Shown here: positions 19,254 through 30,188 of the stretch, one piece after another
Position numbering within the stretch: position 1 is the stretch's first letter
Layout of the letters: each line of letters opens with the position of its first letter
From: Desulfobacterales bacterium
GTDB taxonomy: Bacteria > Desulfobacterota > Desulfobacteria > Desulfobacterales > UBA2174
Length of the DNA: 64,000 nucleotides
Direction: 5' to 3'
NCBI GenBank assembly: GCA_963668645.2
Contig: CAXXWC010000001.1
Coordinates: 1-64,000 of the forward strand
Translations under genes and position numbers: made by a program
Notes under the pieces: generated by a model
The model's input: only the letters and a program-made list of their open reading frames with translations
Told to the model about the DNA's origin: nothing
Database searches by the model: none

Positions 19254-21386
19254 CTACCCCGTCCGGCTGCCGTTATGGAGCAATGCGGTGGGGTTTGTTT
19301 CGCGGATATAGGCCTCGATCCCTTTGACGATCCCCTCGCAGATATGCTCCTGGTACTTGGGGTTGATCAGCCGCCGGCATTCGCGTTCATTGCTGATAAA
19401 GGAGGTCTCGACCAGAATGGCCGGCATCTGGGCACCCAACAGCACATAGAAGGGTGCCTGCTTGACCCCCTTGTTGCGAATCTGGCTGTAGCGGCCCTGG
19501 AGATGCTGGTGCAACGCGTTTTGCACGTATCCCGCCAGGCGGCTCGACTCGTTGATCTTTGCATTTTGCATCAGATCGAGGAGAATCGCCTGCAGGTCGC
19601 TGATGTTTTTTTCACTGGTGGCGTTTTCCCGCGCAGCCACCAAAATGGCCTCGTTGTCCGTAGCCAGATTGAGAAAGAAAGTCTCGATCCCGTAGGCCCG
19701 CTGGTTTCGGGCCGCATTGGTATGCACCGATACGAACAGATCGGCATTGCGGGTATTGGCGATGGCGGTGCGCTCCTCCAGGGTCAGGTAACGGTCCGTG
19801 TCGCGGGTCATGATCACCTCGCAGCCGAGCTGCCGCTGGATCATGTCTGCCAGGCGTTTGGCGATATCCAGCACCACCTGCTTTTCGTGCACCCCTTTGA
19901 GGTATCCCGGAGCGCCGTAATCCTTGCCGCCGTGGCCCGGATCGATAATGATGCGCCGGACCCCCAGGGCCAGCTGTTTGGCCAGAGCGCCGGCGGGCAG
20001 TTTGCCGGCATCGGGCACTTCGATGCCTCCCGGGGGCTGCGGGCCGGCCGGTGCCGCCGGCTTCGCGGCCGTCTCGGCCATGGCGGCGCCCTCGCCCCAA
20101 AGGTCGATGACGATGCGGAACGGATTGCGCAGCGAAAAGAGTTTATAGGTTTTAAAGGACTTGATATCCACCACCACCCGTACCGTCTCGGTGTCGTACT
20201 GCCCGGCCCGGGCGTCGAGGAGCAGATCATCGTTGATCGGCACCTGCCGCTGCAAATCCTTTCCCAGGCGGCTGCCGGCCAGGTCCACGAACAACCGCTG
20301 GGGCTTTCCGATCTCGGGATCTTTTTTAAGCAGGTGGTGGCGGTATTCGGTGGTCCCGTCCACGTCGATCACCACGCGGGTGTAGTTGGGGTTGGACCAG
20401 AAGCGCAGGCCGCTGACCACGGCGGGGCCTTGAGCGCTTTGCGGTAAGGTTCCGCCGGGGCTGTCCGCCTTTTGGTAGGGCCCCTTTTGCTCGACGATCA
20501 AGCCGTTGATCGCGTCTTTGGACTTGTCCGGCGCAGGCTCCGGTGCGGGCGGCGCAACCGTCCCGGCAGCACCGCCCATGGCGACCAGATCCGCCTGCGC
20601 CTGGCGGGCCCAGGAACTGCCTGCAAAGCTTAGCACAACTTGTTGCAGCAGCTTCTGGGCCTCCCGGCGATCGGCTTCCAGAAACGAGTAGCCGGCCAGT
20701 TCGCCATAGAGCTTGCCCGCCATGTAAAGTCCCTGGGCAGCGAGAGGTCCGGTGGGATTGTGGCCGAACACCGCCTGATACTTTAGGATGCACGTCAACC
20801 AGATGTCCCGGTGTTTGGTGCGGCGGGGATTTTTTCGCAGCCGGGTATGGCAACTTTCCGCGGCCTGCCAGAGCGCGCGCTCTTTGGGATCTTCAGCAGC
20901 CTGCCGTTTTTCGGCCCTGGCGTCGTTGGCGGTGCTGGCCGCCTGTACGGGCAAAGCTTTTCCGAGCAATGCCTCGGCGCGGCCCTTGTACGCGCTGGCA
21001 GGAAAGCGCCGCACCACCCGCTGGAGGCGGTCGATCCCCTCCTGCCGGTCGCTGCTCAGACCGCTGCGGCGGGCCAGTTCAAGATAGAGGGCCCCGGCCC
21101 GGTAGAGGCCGGCGGCGGCCCAACGACCGTCGGGATCGTCGCTGTATACCGCGTTGAATCGTTCGATGCAGCGCAGCCAGTGATGCCGGAAGCGCTGTCT
21201 GGCCGTATCGGCCTCAAGTTCGCGCTGGGAGGCCTCGGCCTTGAAAAAACGTTCTCCGATCTGATCGGCGCAGGCCGCCGGCTGCGGACTGGAAAAACTC
21301 GCCAGCAGGCAAACCAACCATCCGATTATCGTCCACAGGACTGTGCTGCGGCGCAGCGAGCCGCCGCCCACCGGGCAAGGGTGCAT
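19254..21386 (-). CDS. N-acetylmuramoyl-L-alanine amidase (TPR-like repeats + AMIN + Amidase_3); start uncertain
   Basis: FWSNPNYTRVVID, IDPGHGGKD, EERTAIAN, FVSVHTNA, ILVETSFISN. Confidence 0.92.
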   Translation of the reverse strand: MHPCPVGGGSLRRSTVLWTIIGWLVCLLASFSSPQPAACADQIGERFFKAEASQRELEADTARQRFRHHWLRCIERFNAVYSDDPDGRWAAAGLYRAGALYLELARRSGLSSDRQEGIDRLQRVVRRFPASAYKGRAEALLGKALPVQAASTANDARAEKRQAAEDPKERALWQAAESCHTRLRKNPRRTKHRDIWLTCILKYQAVFGHNPTGPLAAQGLYMAGKLYGELAGYSFLEADRREAQKLLQQVVLSFAGSSWARQAQADLVAMGGAAGTVAPPAPEPAPDKSKDAINGLIVEQKGPYQKADSPGGTLPQSAQGPAVVSGLRFWSNPNYTRVVIDVDGTTEYRHHLLKKDPEIGKPQRLFVDLAGSRLGKDLQRQVPINDDLLLDARAGQYDTETVRVVVDIKSFKTYKLFSLRNPFRIVIDLWGEGAAMAETAAKPAAPAGPQPPGGIEVPDAGKLPAGALAKQLALGVRRIIIDPGHGGKDYGAPGYLKGVHEKQVVLDIAKRLADMIQRQLGCEVIMTRDTDRYLTLEERTAIANTRNADLFVSVHTNAARNQRAYGIETFFLNLATDNEAILVAARENATSEKNISDLQAILLDLMQNAKINESSRLAGYVQNALHQHLQGRYSQIRNKGVKQAPFYVLLGAQMPAILVETSFISNERECRRLINPKYQEHICEGIVKGIEAYIRETNPTALLHNGSRTG

Positions 21387-21503
21387 CTGAAAATCGCCAA
21401 TCCGCCGAAAGTGCAAGTTTGACCGCCTCCGTTACCAGGGGCAAGATACAGGTAGAAACAGTTGATCGCAAGTCACAGTTTCATCCCTTCAAACTCGGAC
21501 GGC

Positions 21504-24122
21504 CTACTTCAGCTTGGCTTGCAGGCGGCTCAGCGCGTTGAGCGCCTCTAAGGGTGTCATGCGCCTGATATCGAGAGCCCTAAGGGCGTCGATGACCGCC
21601 GAGCCGTCCGCCGGCTGAAAAAGCCCCATCTGTACCGGGCCTGATCGCGCCGCGGCCTCCAGGCCCGCATCGTCCGGTGCGCTACGGGTAACCAGTGCCT
21701 CGCCGTTTTCGATGTTGAAAAGTATCTTTTTGGCTCGCCGGATCACCGAGGGCGGAATTCCGGCCAGACGGGCCACCTGGATTCCGTAACTGCGGTTGGT
21801 GCCCCCGGGGGCCAGTTTGCGCAGGAAGATGATCTCGTCGTTCCATTCCTTGACGGTGATGTGATAGTTCCTGACCCGCGGCCGGCTGCGGGCCAGCTCG
21901 GTCAACTCGTGGTAATGGGTGGCAAAAAGGGTCTTGACGCCTACCTGCTTCAGATCGTGGAGGCACTCGGCAACGGCCCAGGCGATGCTCAGACCGTCGA
22001 AGGTACTGGTGCCTCGGCCGATTTCATCCATGATCACCAGGCTGCCGGGTCCGGCATGGTTGAGGATGTTGGCCGTTTCCTCCATCTCCACCATGAAGGT
22101 GCTCTGCCCCTGCACCAGATTGTCCAGTGCCCCGACCCGGGTAAAGATCCGGTCGCAAATCCCGATGGTGGCGCTGCGGGCCGGAACGAAGCTGCCCACC
22201 TGGGCCAAGAGCACGATCAGCGCCACCTGGCGCAAGACGGTGGATTTACCCGCCATGTTCGGACCGGTGATGATCAACACCTGGTGCTCGAGGTTGTCCA
22301 TCTCGATGCTGTTGGGCACGAACCGCTGCCCGCTGACTGTCTTTTCCACCACCGGGTGGCGTCCATCCTCGATGAGAATCCGCCCGTCCCGGGTGATCTG
22401 CGGCCGGTGGTAATCGTTCTGGGCCGCCACTTCGGCCAGTGCCAGCAGACAATCGATGCGGCCCAGGTCCGCCGCGATGCACTGCAGCGCCTCGCCCATG
22501 GCGGTAATCCGGCGGCGCAGCGTCTCGAAGAGCTCGGCTTCCATCTTGGCCCGCTGCTCTTCGGCCCCCAGGACCCGGGTCTCGAAGGATTTGAGTTCAT
22601 CGGTGATGTAGCGTTCGGCATTGACCAGGGTCTGCTTGCGCACGTAGTGCAGCGGCACCTTGTCGCTATGAATTTTGGGGACTTCGATGTAGTAGCCGAA
22701 TACCTTGTTGTAGCGCACCTTGAGCGCTGCAATCCCCGTGGCCTGCTTCTCCTGGGTTTCCAGGCGCACCAGGAATCCCTTGCCATCCCGGGAAAGATGA
22801 ATCAGCTCGTCCAGTTCGGAATCGTAGCCTTCCTTGAAGATCCCCCCCTCGTTGATCACCGGCGGGGCGTCCTCGCGCACGGCCCGCTCCAGTATATCGC
22901 CCAGTTGCACCAGGGGCGCGGGATCTCCTTCTAAGCGCAGCAATGCGGCACTGTATGCCTCCAGGGTGGTTTCGACCTGGGGCAGGCTCTGGCAGGATCC
23001 CTTGAGGGCCAGTAAATCGCGCCCGTTGGCATGGTTCAGTGCGATCTTGCCCCGCAGGCGTTCCAGGTCGGCAACGGATTTGAGCAGGGTGCGCACCTGG
23101 CGGGTGATGTCGATGCGCCGCAGGGCTTCTTGTACCGCGTCCTGGCGGGATGCGATCTGCTCCGGGTCCAGCAGCGGATAGCGCAGCCAGTGTTGAAGCA
23201 GCCTTCCGCCCATGGGGGTCACGGTGCGGTCGATAACGCCCAGCAGGCTGCCCTGGCGTTTGCCGGTGCGCGCATTGCGCAGCAGATCCAGGTTCTGGCA
23301 GCTCAGCGCGTCGATCACCAGGTAGGCGTCCAGGCTGTAGGTTTCCAGTCCCGTGACGTGCACCATGTTCTGTTTCTGCGTCTGGCTGACGTATTCGATC
23401 AGGGCGCCGGCGGCCTGCACGGCCGCGCGCCGGCCCTCGCAGCCGAAGCCTTCCAACGAGAGCGTGCCGAACTGATCGAGCAGGCGCTGGCGCGCACGGC
23501 CGTATTCAAAGGTCGCATCGGCGGCATAGGTCACGGCGGCACCTGCCGCCGCCTGGCGCAACCGGTCTAACCGCGGGGCGCTGCGGGCCGCTTCGGCAAA
23601 CAGCATTTCCCGTGGCGCCACGCGCCGGATCTCGTCGATAAGCGCGTCGTCATCCTCTGATTCCGTCAAGCGGAAGATTCCGGTGGAAATGTCGAGGTAG
23701 CCGATGGCGGCAATGCGATCGTCTGCGGCCACCGCCATGAGAAAATTGTCGTTGCGTGCATCGAGCATCTCGTTTTCGACGATCATGCCCGGAGTGACGA
23801 TGCGCACCACGTCCCGCTTGACCAGCCCCTTGGCCTTGCCCGGATCTTCGATCTGATCGCAGATGGCAACCTTGAATCCCTGCTCGATGAGCCGCGCCAG
23901 GTATCCTTGCACGGCGCGATAGGGCACGCCGCACATCGGAACGGGATCCGGATCGTTCTTGTTGCGCGAGGTCAGGGCGATGTCCAGGGCGGCCGAGGCG
24001 GTCTCGGCGTCCTCGAAGAACATCTCGTAAAAATCGCCCATGCGGTAGAACAGGAGCGCATCGGGTTGCTGGGCCTTGATCGCCAGGTACTGTTCGATCA
24101 TGGGGGTGGTTTTGGGTGCCAT
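21504..24122 (-). CDS. mutS: DNA mismatch repair protein MutS
   Basis: [39 protein letters not shown]. Confidence 0.98.
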   Translation of the reverse strand: MAPKTTPMIEQYLAIKAQQPDALLFYRMGDFYEMFFEDAETASAALDIALTSRNKNDPDPVPMCGVPYRAVQGYLARLIEQGFKVAICDQIEDPGKAKGLVKRDVVRIVTPGMIVENEMLDARNDNFLMAVAADDRIAAIGYLDISTGIFRLTESEDDDALIDEIRRVAPREMLFAEAARSAPRLDRLRQAAAGAAVTYAADATFEYGRARQRLLDQFGTLSLEGFGCEGRRAAVQAAGALIEYVSQTQKQNMVHVTGLETYSLDAYLVIDALSCQNLDLLRNARTGKRQGSLLGVIDRTVTPMGGRLLQHWLRYPLLDPEQIASRQDAVQEALRRIDITRQVRTLLKSVADLERLRGKIALNHANGRDLLALKGSCQSLPQVETTLEAYSAALLRLEGDPAPLVQLGDILERAVREDAPPVINEGGIFKEGYDSELDELIHLSRDGKGFLVRLETQEKQATGIAALKVRYNKVFGYYIEVPKIHSDKVPLHYVRKQTLVNAERYITDELKSFETRVLGAEEQRAKMEAELFETLRRRITAMGEALQCIAADLGRIDCLLALAEVAAQNDYHRPQITRDGRILIEDGRHPVVEKTVSGQRFVPNSIEMDNLEHQVLIITGPNMAGKSTVLRQVALIVLLAQVGSFVPARSATIGICDRIFTRVGALDNLVQGQSTFMVEMEETANILNHAGPGSLVIMDEIGRGTSTFDGLSIAWAVAECLHDLKQVGVKTLFATHYHELTELARSRPRVRNYHITVKEWNDEIIFLRKLAPGGTNRSYGIQVARLAGIPPSVIRRAKKILFNIENGEALVTRSAPDDAGLEAAARSGPVQMGLFQPADGSAVIDALRALDIRRMTPLEALNALSRLQAKLK

Positions 24123-24218
24123 GGCATCCGAATGTCAGTCGAGTTTGATAAAAAGGCGGGAATCGGTCCCGGTGCATGAAAAGCACACCAGGACCGGTAA
24201 ACCGGAACAGAACGTCGT

Positions 24219-24602
24219 TTAGGCCTCGGCCGGCTGGGTGGGCGGGGTGGGATCGGTCTGGATCTCATGCTCGGGCGGCAGCGGCGAAGGAACGTTTTCC
24301 AGCTTGGTGCGCAAGGCGGCGATCTCTTCGCTCTGGGCCGCGACGGTTCCGTTGAGGTTGCGGATGGTCTTGTTCTGCTTGTAGTTGCCGTAAAGGCTGT
24401 AAAAATACGCGATCAGCAAGCCGGAAAAGAAAAAAACAACAAAGATCAGCACATTCGGTATTTCCGGCGTGTTGTAAGGTCCGGCAAGATAGAGATTAAG
24501 CTCAAAGCTCTGGCGCGCCATGAAAAAATTGCTGTTCTGATAAATGAACAGTGCGATGAATGCGAACAGAACCAACCAGAAGAAGATCTTGACTTTTTTC
24601 AT
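24219..24602 (-). CDS. LapA-family small membrane protein
   Basis: Two TM helices (FIYQN motif) followed by a short coiled coil. Confidence 0.7.
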   Translation of the reverse strand: MKKVKIFFWLVLFAFIALFIYQNSNFFMARQSFELNLYLAGPYNTPEIPNVLIFVVFFFSGLLIAYFYSLYGNYKQNKTIRNLNGTVAAQSEEIAALRTKLENVPSPLPPEHEIQTDPTPPTQPAEA

Positions 24603-24714
24603 GCCGTTGCTCCCTTAAAGCCGCCGAAAAATGCGGTTCCACCTGGCCGCGGACCCGCCGGTCCATTCAAAATAGTTATTAGATACAGCAGATTACTCTT
24701 TAGCTTGTCAAAAC

Positions 24715-25497
24715 TCAACCCCTATTTTGGCCCGAACCCGGACTCAGCCCGCCCCCCGTGGTGCGGCCCGCCGCGACGGGGATCAATTCCACCCGCCCCC
24801 AGGCGCCGATCCGGGTGCCGCAGACGATCACCAGCCCCTCCACCCCTTCGATCCGGCGCCCGAAGGCCAAAGCGGCGTCGATGTCCGCCGCGCCGCCCAC
24901 ACGGTTGCCCACCGCCGTGGCCGCGGCATCGGCCGTGGCCGCGTCGGCGCTGACAATGCAGACCGCATCGGCCCGGCCCAGGCTCAGACTGTGACCCACG
25001 GTTCCCGAGGAGGTGCACACCGCCATGGGCCCCGTGCGGGTATCGAGCTGCAACCCGACCTTGAGGCTCAACGGACTCTTGCCGGCGTGCAGGGCGATCA
25101 GCGATGGATCTTCGGTTTTGAGGAAAATATCGCCGCCGTTTTCTACGATGACCTCGTCCGAATGGCGCAGCAGCACCCGGCCCACCGCCTCGGCCACGGC
25201 CCCGGCCACCGCCGCCATGGGCCCCACCCCGGCCCGGCGGCCGGCCTGGATCATGGCCTGGACCAGCGGCGGTGCCGGTGCGCCGTCCTCCCAGGGCGCC
25301 AGGGTAGTCAAGAAGTCGGGATGCTGGCGAATGAACGCTTCCAGATGGCCGCGCACCTCCAGCACGGTTTCCCGCACCAGTTCTGGCATGGTGCTGCGGC
25401 TGTAAAGCTGCAGGTCGGTTTCGCGGACCCTTACCCGGTAGCCTGCCAGCATGCCGGGGGTCACCAGGCTGCGGTAAGTGCGCTCCTGGGCCGGCAT
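24715..25497 (-). CDS. UPF0280 (ApbE-like, COG2122) protein
   Basis: RETDL, GPMAAVAG, VENGGDI, CTSSGTVGHSLSLG, ADAAATAVGN. Confidence 0.9.
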   Translation of the reverse strand: MPAQERTYRSLVTPGMLAGYRVRVRETDLQLYSRSTMPELVRETVLEVRGHLEAFIRQHPDFLTTLAPWEDGAPAPPLVQAMIQAGRRAGVGPMAAVAGAVAEAVGRVLLRHSDEVIVENGGDIFLKTEDPSLIALHAGKSPLSLKVGLQLDTRTGPMAVCTSSGTVGHSLSLGRADAVCIVSADAATADAAATAVGNRVGGAADIDAALAFGRRIEGVEGLVIVCGTRIGAWGRVELIPVAAGRTTGGGLSPGSGQNRG

Positions 25498-25499
25498 CG

Positions 25500-26705
25500 T
25501 CACCCTGCCCGGCTGTCGGCCGCCGGCCAGACCCGTACCTGGGGCCGCAACCCGGCCGGACATTGCTCCAAAAAATAGCGATCGGTCATGCCGGCAATGA
25601 AATCGCGCACGATTTCAACCGGCTTATGAGTTTCGCAGTAGGCCGGGGCCATATCCTCGAGAAAACGGGTAAAGACCACCGAGTCGCGCCGGTCGGCTTC
25701 CAGGTCGTCCAGGTAGCGCTCGAACATCAGCCGGAAAAGATCCTCGATCTGCCCCCGCTGGCGCTTGATGTCCGGGTTCAGGTAGATCCGCTGCAGGTTG
25801 AAATTTTTCAATCGCTTCAGGGCGTCGGAGACCTCGGGGCTGAAGCGCATGTAGGGCCGGTCATGGCTGTTGGCCACCAGGTCGGTGACCAGGGTATAGA
25901 CGATGGTGCCGTTGGTGCGGCCCAGGATACGCGCGCAATCATCCGGGATTTCGCCGCGTTCGAGCACCCCGAGGCGGATGGCGTCCTCGATGTCCCGGCC
26001 GATGTAGCTGATGGTGTCAGCCATGCGCACGGCGCACCCTTCCAGGGTCATGGGGGTCAACCGATGTTGGGGCGCTTCACGTTTGGCGGCCATTTCGGCC
26101 TCCAATTGGTTGAAATCCTTTTGTGCACAAGGGGCCAGCTGCCTGTCGTGGACCTCGCCGTCGTGGCACAGGATGCCGTCCAGGGTCTGGAGGGTCAGGT
26201 TCCAGCCCTGGCCCTTGCGCTCCACGCGATCGAGGAACTGCACGCTTTGCAGGTTGTGCAAAAAATAGCCGATTCCGTGTTCGCGGCACAACTCGGAAAG
26301 GATCCGCTCGCCGTCATGGCCGAATGGGGTATGGCCGATGTCGTGACCCAGGGCGATGGCCTCGATCAGATCCTCGTTGAGTGCGAGAAAGCGTCCGATG
26401 GTGCGCGCGATCTTGGACACCAGCTGTACATGGAGCCCGCGGTGGGTGATATGGTCGTTTCGGATCAGGTAAAAGACCTGGGTCTTGTCGATGTAGCGGG
26501 CATAGGCCAGAGAATGCAGGATGCGATCGGCGTCCACGGCAAAGGCCTGCCGGTAGTCGCCTTCCATTCCCGGCTCGGTGCACCGCCGCCGGCCCTGGCG
26601 GTTCAACGTGGCCCGGGGCGAAAGCCTTTCGGCCTCCTGCCGTTCCAGGCGACGGCCCACCGGCAGAAGCCGCTCCTCCAGTCGCTTCAGATCAAATGAG
26701 GCCAT
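25500..26705 (-). CDS. HD-domain dNTP triphosphohydrolase-like protein
   Basis: DRILHS, KTQVF, HDIGHTPFGHDGE, ADTISY..DIED, DFIAGMTDRY. Confidence 0.9.
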   Translation of the reverse strand: MASFDLKRLEERLLPVGRRLERQEAERLSPRATLNRQGRRRCTEPGMEGDYRQAFAVDADRILHSLAYARYIDKTQVFYLIRNDHITHRGLHVQLVSKIARTIGRFLALNEDLIEAIALGHDIGHTPFGHDGERILSELCREHGIGYFLHNLQSVQFLDRVERKGQGWNLTLQTLDGILCHDGEVHDRQLAPCAQKDFNQLEAEMAAKREAPQHRLTPMTLEGCAVRMADTISYIGRDIEDAIRLGVLERGEIPDDCARILGRTNGTIVYTLVTDLVANSHDRPYMRFSPEVSDALKRLKNFNLQRIYLNPDIKRQRGQIEDLFRLMFERYLDDLEADRRDSVVFTRFLEDMAPAYCETHKPVEIVRDFIAGMTDRYFLEQCPAGLRPQVRVWPAADSRAG

Positions 26706-27516
26706 CGCGAATCAGCTCCTCCATCATGGCATGGTAGTCCAGGCCGGCCTGGCGAAAGCCTTCCCGGCCGTATTTCATGTTGGCTTCCAGGACGTAAAAA
26801 CGATCGCGGTGCAGGCAGATATCCAACCCGACATCGTTCCAGCCGCAGACCCGGGCCGTATGAAGCGCCAGATCGATGGCCGCTTGCGGCACCGGCTCCA
26901 GGACGATGCACCCGCCGAGGGCCGCGTTGGCGCGAAAATCACCCGGCCTGGAAATGCGCCAGTAGGCATGCATCACCCGCCCGCCGACGACCACGACGCG
27001 TATATCGCGGTCCACCGGCAGGTAGTGCTGGATGTAGGCCGGGTGGCGGCAGCGGCAGTAATCGGCCAGTTGCGACGCGTCCCGGATCAGAAATACCCCC
27101 CGCCCCCTGGCCGACCCCCGGGGGACCTTGGCCACAAAAGGAAAATCGAAGTGCTCCAGTATTTTTTCCTTCTGGCGCCGGCCGAAGAAAAAGCGGGTGT
27201 ACGGATGGGGGATTTCCAGCAGCCCGAACAGGGTCGTCTGGCGGATCTTATCCTGGGCGCAGTGATAGTTGTTGGCCGAAGGGAAAATCGATTTTCCCAT
27301 GGCAACGAACAGCTCGGCGTAATAAGTGCTGGGATAGTAGATTTTTTCGGCCTGCCGAATCCGCTCCTGATCCGCGGGGCCATAGTCTTCCAGGTTCGGT
27401 CTGACGCCCAGGGTGATCACGCTGGCGCACCGGCCCAGGCGCCTCTCCAGGGCCAAGACCGCCAGCGGCTTGGGGCCGCCGGCCCCAAGACCCGGCTCAT
27501 TTCCCGTGCCGGTCAT
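26692..27516 (-). CDS. RimK-like ATP-grasp ligase
   Basis: QDKIRQT, FPFVAK, GRGVFLI, DIRVVVVG, FRAN, LEAN. Confidence 0.85.
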   Translation of the reverse strand: MTGTGNEPGLGAGGPKPLAVLALERRLGRCASVITLGVRPNLEDYGPADQERIRQAEKIYYPSTYYAELFVAMGKSIFPSANNYHCAQDKIRQTTLFGLLEIPHPYTRFFFGRRQKEKILEHFDFPFVAKVPRGSARGRGVFLIRDASQLADYCRCRHPAYIQHYLPVDRDIRVVVVGGRVMHAYWRISRPGDFRANAALGGCIVLEPVPQAAIDLALHTARVCGWNDVGLDICLHRDRFYVLEANMKYGREGFRQAGLDYHAMMEELIRDGLI

Positions 27517-28429
27517 CGGAAGCCGCTCCGGAAAGGGTCTGGACCCGATCCCGGTTCCGTGGTCCGGTCAGGATAAAAATGCCTGCGTCCAGGGGGGCGT
27601 CGACCCAGATTCTGTCGACCCGCAGTGTACAACTCTCGCTTTCATCGGCGATTTCGATCCCGGCCGGAAGCCGGTAGGGCGGCACGCTGCGATAGTCGCT
27701 GTAGGCCACCCGCCAGCTCAGGCTGCCGTCCGGGGCCACCATCTCAACCCGGCTCAACTCGCGGCCGTCCGACGAAACCACCACTCGCACTCCCCCCCCC
27801 CAAGGCTTTTCAAAAAAGAGCATCGTTTGCTCTCCCGTCCCGAGAATGCTGGCGCGGACTTTGCCGTTGGGCAGGTGCGGCGGGCGGCCGGCCATGATTT
27901 GCAACAGATCACCCACCGTCACATCCAGCCCCAGGATCGGCTCCAGGCTCGGATTGCTTGCCGTGCGCGATCGCACCTGCCCGGAGTTGTTCTCGCGCAG
28001 GTAGAAGTGCCGCCCGTCGCTGGCCAGACTGGCCGAGGGCAACAGCCCGGCGAGAAGATCGATGCGCAGCCGATCGGGCGGCGCCATGGCCCATGCCACG
28101 CGGGCCGTATATTGCCCCTGGGCCCCGGCCAGATCGAGCCGCCCGATCAACTTCAAGGTGCCCAGGTTCAAGTTGATAGCGTCGAGCCGCGCGCGCCAGG
28201 CGGCGCTGGCCTGAGGGGCGAGAGCCGGGGCCCGGGTCTGCAAGGGCGCTGCGGCACAGCCACAAAACCAGGCCAGAGCCAGAAAAGCGATCCCGGTCCG
28301 CAGCCAGGGGCGCTGTCCGGCACTTTTCAGGACCGATGGGCCTTTGCGTCCGCAGCCGTCACTTGGCTCCGGATCAATCCGGCGCGCCCCCAGCCGCCTC
28401 ATGTTGCGGCATCCGGCGTCAGGGCGCAT
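27497..28429 (-). CDS. LolB/DUF4292-like lipoprotein; start uncertain
   Basis: Lipobox-like WFCGC, PDRLRID, YSDYR..LP pattern; follows the TPR lipoprotein. Confidence 0.65.
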   Translation of the reverse strand: MRPDAGCRNMRRLGARRIDPEPSDGCGRKGPSVLKSAGQRPWLRTGIAFLALAWFCGCAAAPLQTRAPALAPQASAAWRARLDAINLNLGTLKLIGRLDLAGAQGQYTARVAWAMAPPDRLRIDLLAGLLPSASLASDGRHFYLRENNSGQVRSRTASNPSLEPILGLDVTVGDLLQIMAGRPPHLPNGKVRASILGTGEQTMLFFEKPWGGGVRVVVSSDGRELSRVEMVAPDGSLSWRVAYSDYRSVPPYRLPAGIEIADESESCTLRVDRIWVDAPLDAGIFILTGPRNRDRVQTLSGAASDDRHGK

Positions 28430-30188
28430 CGTGGCCGAGAGATCGAATTTTTTCCATCAGCGCCTCACGGTCGTTTTTCTTGGCCTCCAGGGCCCGCCGG
28501 TAGAATTCGACAGCTTTTTGGCGCTGATCGAGCCGGTGGTGGACGTCGCCCACGTGCTCCATGATCACCGGATCCTGCGGCGCCAGACGGTTGGCCTGAT
28601 CGAGGATCTGCAACGCCTTTTGGTATTCGCCCCGCTTGAAGTAGACCCAGCCCAGACTGTCGGTGATATAGCCGTCCTGCGGTTTGCGGTCCAGGGCCCG
28701 GCGGATCAACTCTTCGGCCTTATCTAATTCGATGCCCATTTCAGCATAGGTGTAGCCGAGATAATTCAACGCGTTGGTATGATCCGGATCGAGTTCGATA
28801 ACCCGTTTCATCTGGGCGATGCTGTCGGATTTGTGCTGCCACTTGTCATATACGACCCCCAGACGGAAGTGGAGCTTGACGTTTTCCGGTGCAACTTCAA
28901 TCCCCTGGAGCAGAGCCTGTTCGGCCTCCGGAAATTTCTCCAGCTCTTCGTAAAAGGTGCCGAGAAACAGGTAGAATTCCGGATTTTCGGGCCGCTGGCG
29001 GATCGCCTCATTCAAAAAGGGGATCGCTTGGGCCGTTTTTCCGCCCTTTTGGAAAAGATACCCGGCGTGAAGCACAGCGTCATCGTAAAACCGCGAATCG
29101 GTCCCCACCCGCTGGAAGTACGCCAGGGCCTGGTCGAAGCGTTCCAGCCGATCGTAGACGATGCCGGAAAGATAATTGAGATCGCCGCTCTCGGGCAAAA
29201 TCCGGCACATTCCGTCCAGCAGATAACGGGCCGCCTGCGAATCATTGTCCTCGCCCAGGTAGAAGCGCACCAGGGTCTGCACCACCGCCGCATCTTGCTG
29301 GCTGCGCCTGGCGAAACGCTCGATCAACCGTCCGGCCTGCTCCTCGTCCCCCCGGGCGTGGTGCCAGAGGGCCAGGGCCAGGCCTGCGCGAACGTTGTGG
29401 GGATTGGCCTCCAGCAGTGCCCGGTACTGGGCGGCGGCATCGTCGGAACGGCCCATTTTCTCGTAGAGCCGGATCAGCTCGTAGCGCGGATCCTCCCTGT
29501 CGGGGGCCAGGGCCACCGCCTTTTCGTAGGCCGCCACGGCCTCGGCATAACGCCCCAGGGCCTCGTAGGTGCTGGCCAATAAAAAATGCCCGATAAAGCC
29601 GTCGGGAAAATGGCGCACATACTGCTCGAAGATGGCCAGGGCAGCCGGATGATTGCCATCTTCATCATAAAGACGCCCCAATAGGAGGTAGATCTCATTT
29701 TGTTTCGGATCGAGGCCCAGGGCCCGCTCATAGGCCGATCTGGCCGCATCCCGGTTTCCGCCGCGCTGGTGAAGGCGCCCGACCAATATCCACCCTTCGG
29801 CGTCCTGGGGGCGGCGCTTGAGATAGGATTCCAGAATTTCGAGGGCCTTGTCCGCATCGCCCCGGCGCATGTAGACCATGGACAGTTCCCGGTGCAGGAA
29901 GGACGAATCCGGATCGCAGCGCAGGGCCTTTTTAAGCGAGTCGGCTGCCTGCTGCCACTGGCCGCTCTTTTCTCCCAGCTGGGCCATGAGGTAGTTCAAA
30001 TAGAGCCCCCGGCAATGGCGCGGCGCCTCTGGCTGGACAGTTCCTGCGGCCCGGGGGGAAGGCGGTGCGGCGCACCCCAGGAGCAAGGCCAACGCCAGAA
30101 CCGGCACCAGGGCCCACCGATCACCCGTTCGCCGGGATTTGCGGCCGTGGCGCCGGCCTGCGTTGCGCGGGTCAGTCACCGCGATCAT
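28419..30188 (-). CDS. Tetratricopeptide-repeat lipoprotein
   Basis: LLLGC lipobox, many TPRs, ALNYLGYTYA..DSLGWVYF. Confidence 0.9.
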   Translation of the reverse strand: MIAVTDPRNAGRRHGRKSRRTGDRWALVPVLALALLLGCAAPPSPRAAGTVQPEAPRHCRGLYLNYLMAQLGEKSGQWQQAADSLKKALRCDPDSSFLHRELSMVYMRRGDADKALEILESYLKRRPQDAEGWILVGRLHQRGGNRDAARSAYERALGLDPKQNEIYLLLGRLYDEDGNHPAALAIFEQYVRHFPDGFIGHFLLASTYEALGRYAEAVAAYEKAVALAPDREDPRYELIRLYEKMGRSDDAAAQYRALLEANPHNVRAGLALALWHHARGDEEQAGRLIERFARRSQQDAAVVQTLVRFYLGEDNDSQAARYLLDGMCRILPESGDLNYLSGIVYDRLERFDQALAYFQRVGTDSRFYDDAVLHAGYLFQKGGKTAQAIPFLNEAIRQRPENPEFYLFLGTFYEELEKFPEAEQALLQGIEVAPENVKLHFRLGVVYDKWQHKSDSIAQMKRVIELDPDHTNALNYLGYTYAEMGIELDKAEELIRRALDRKPQDGYITDSLGWVYFKRGEYQKALQILDQANRLAPQDPVIMEHVGDVHHRLDQRQKAVEFYRRALEAKKNDREALMEKIRSLGHDAP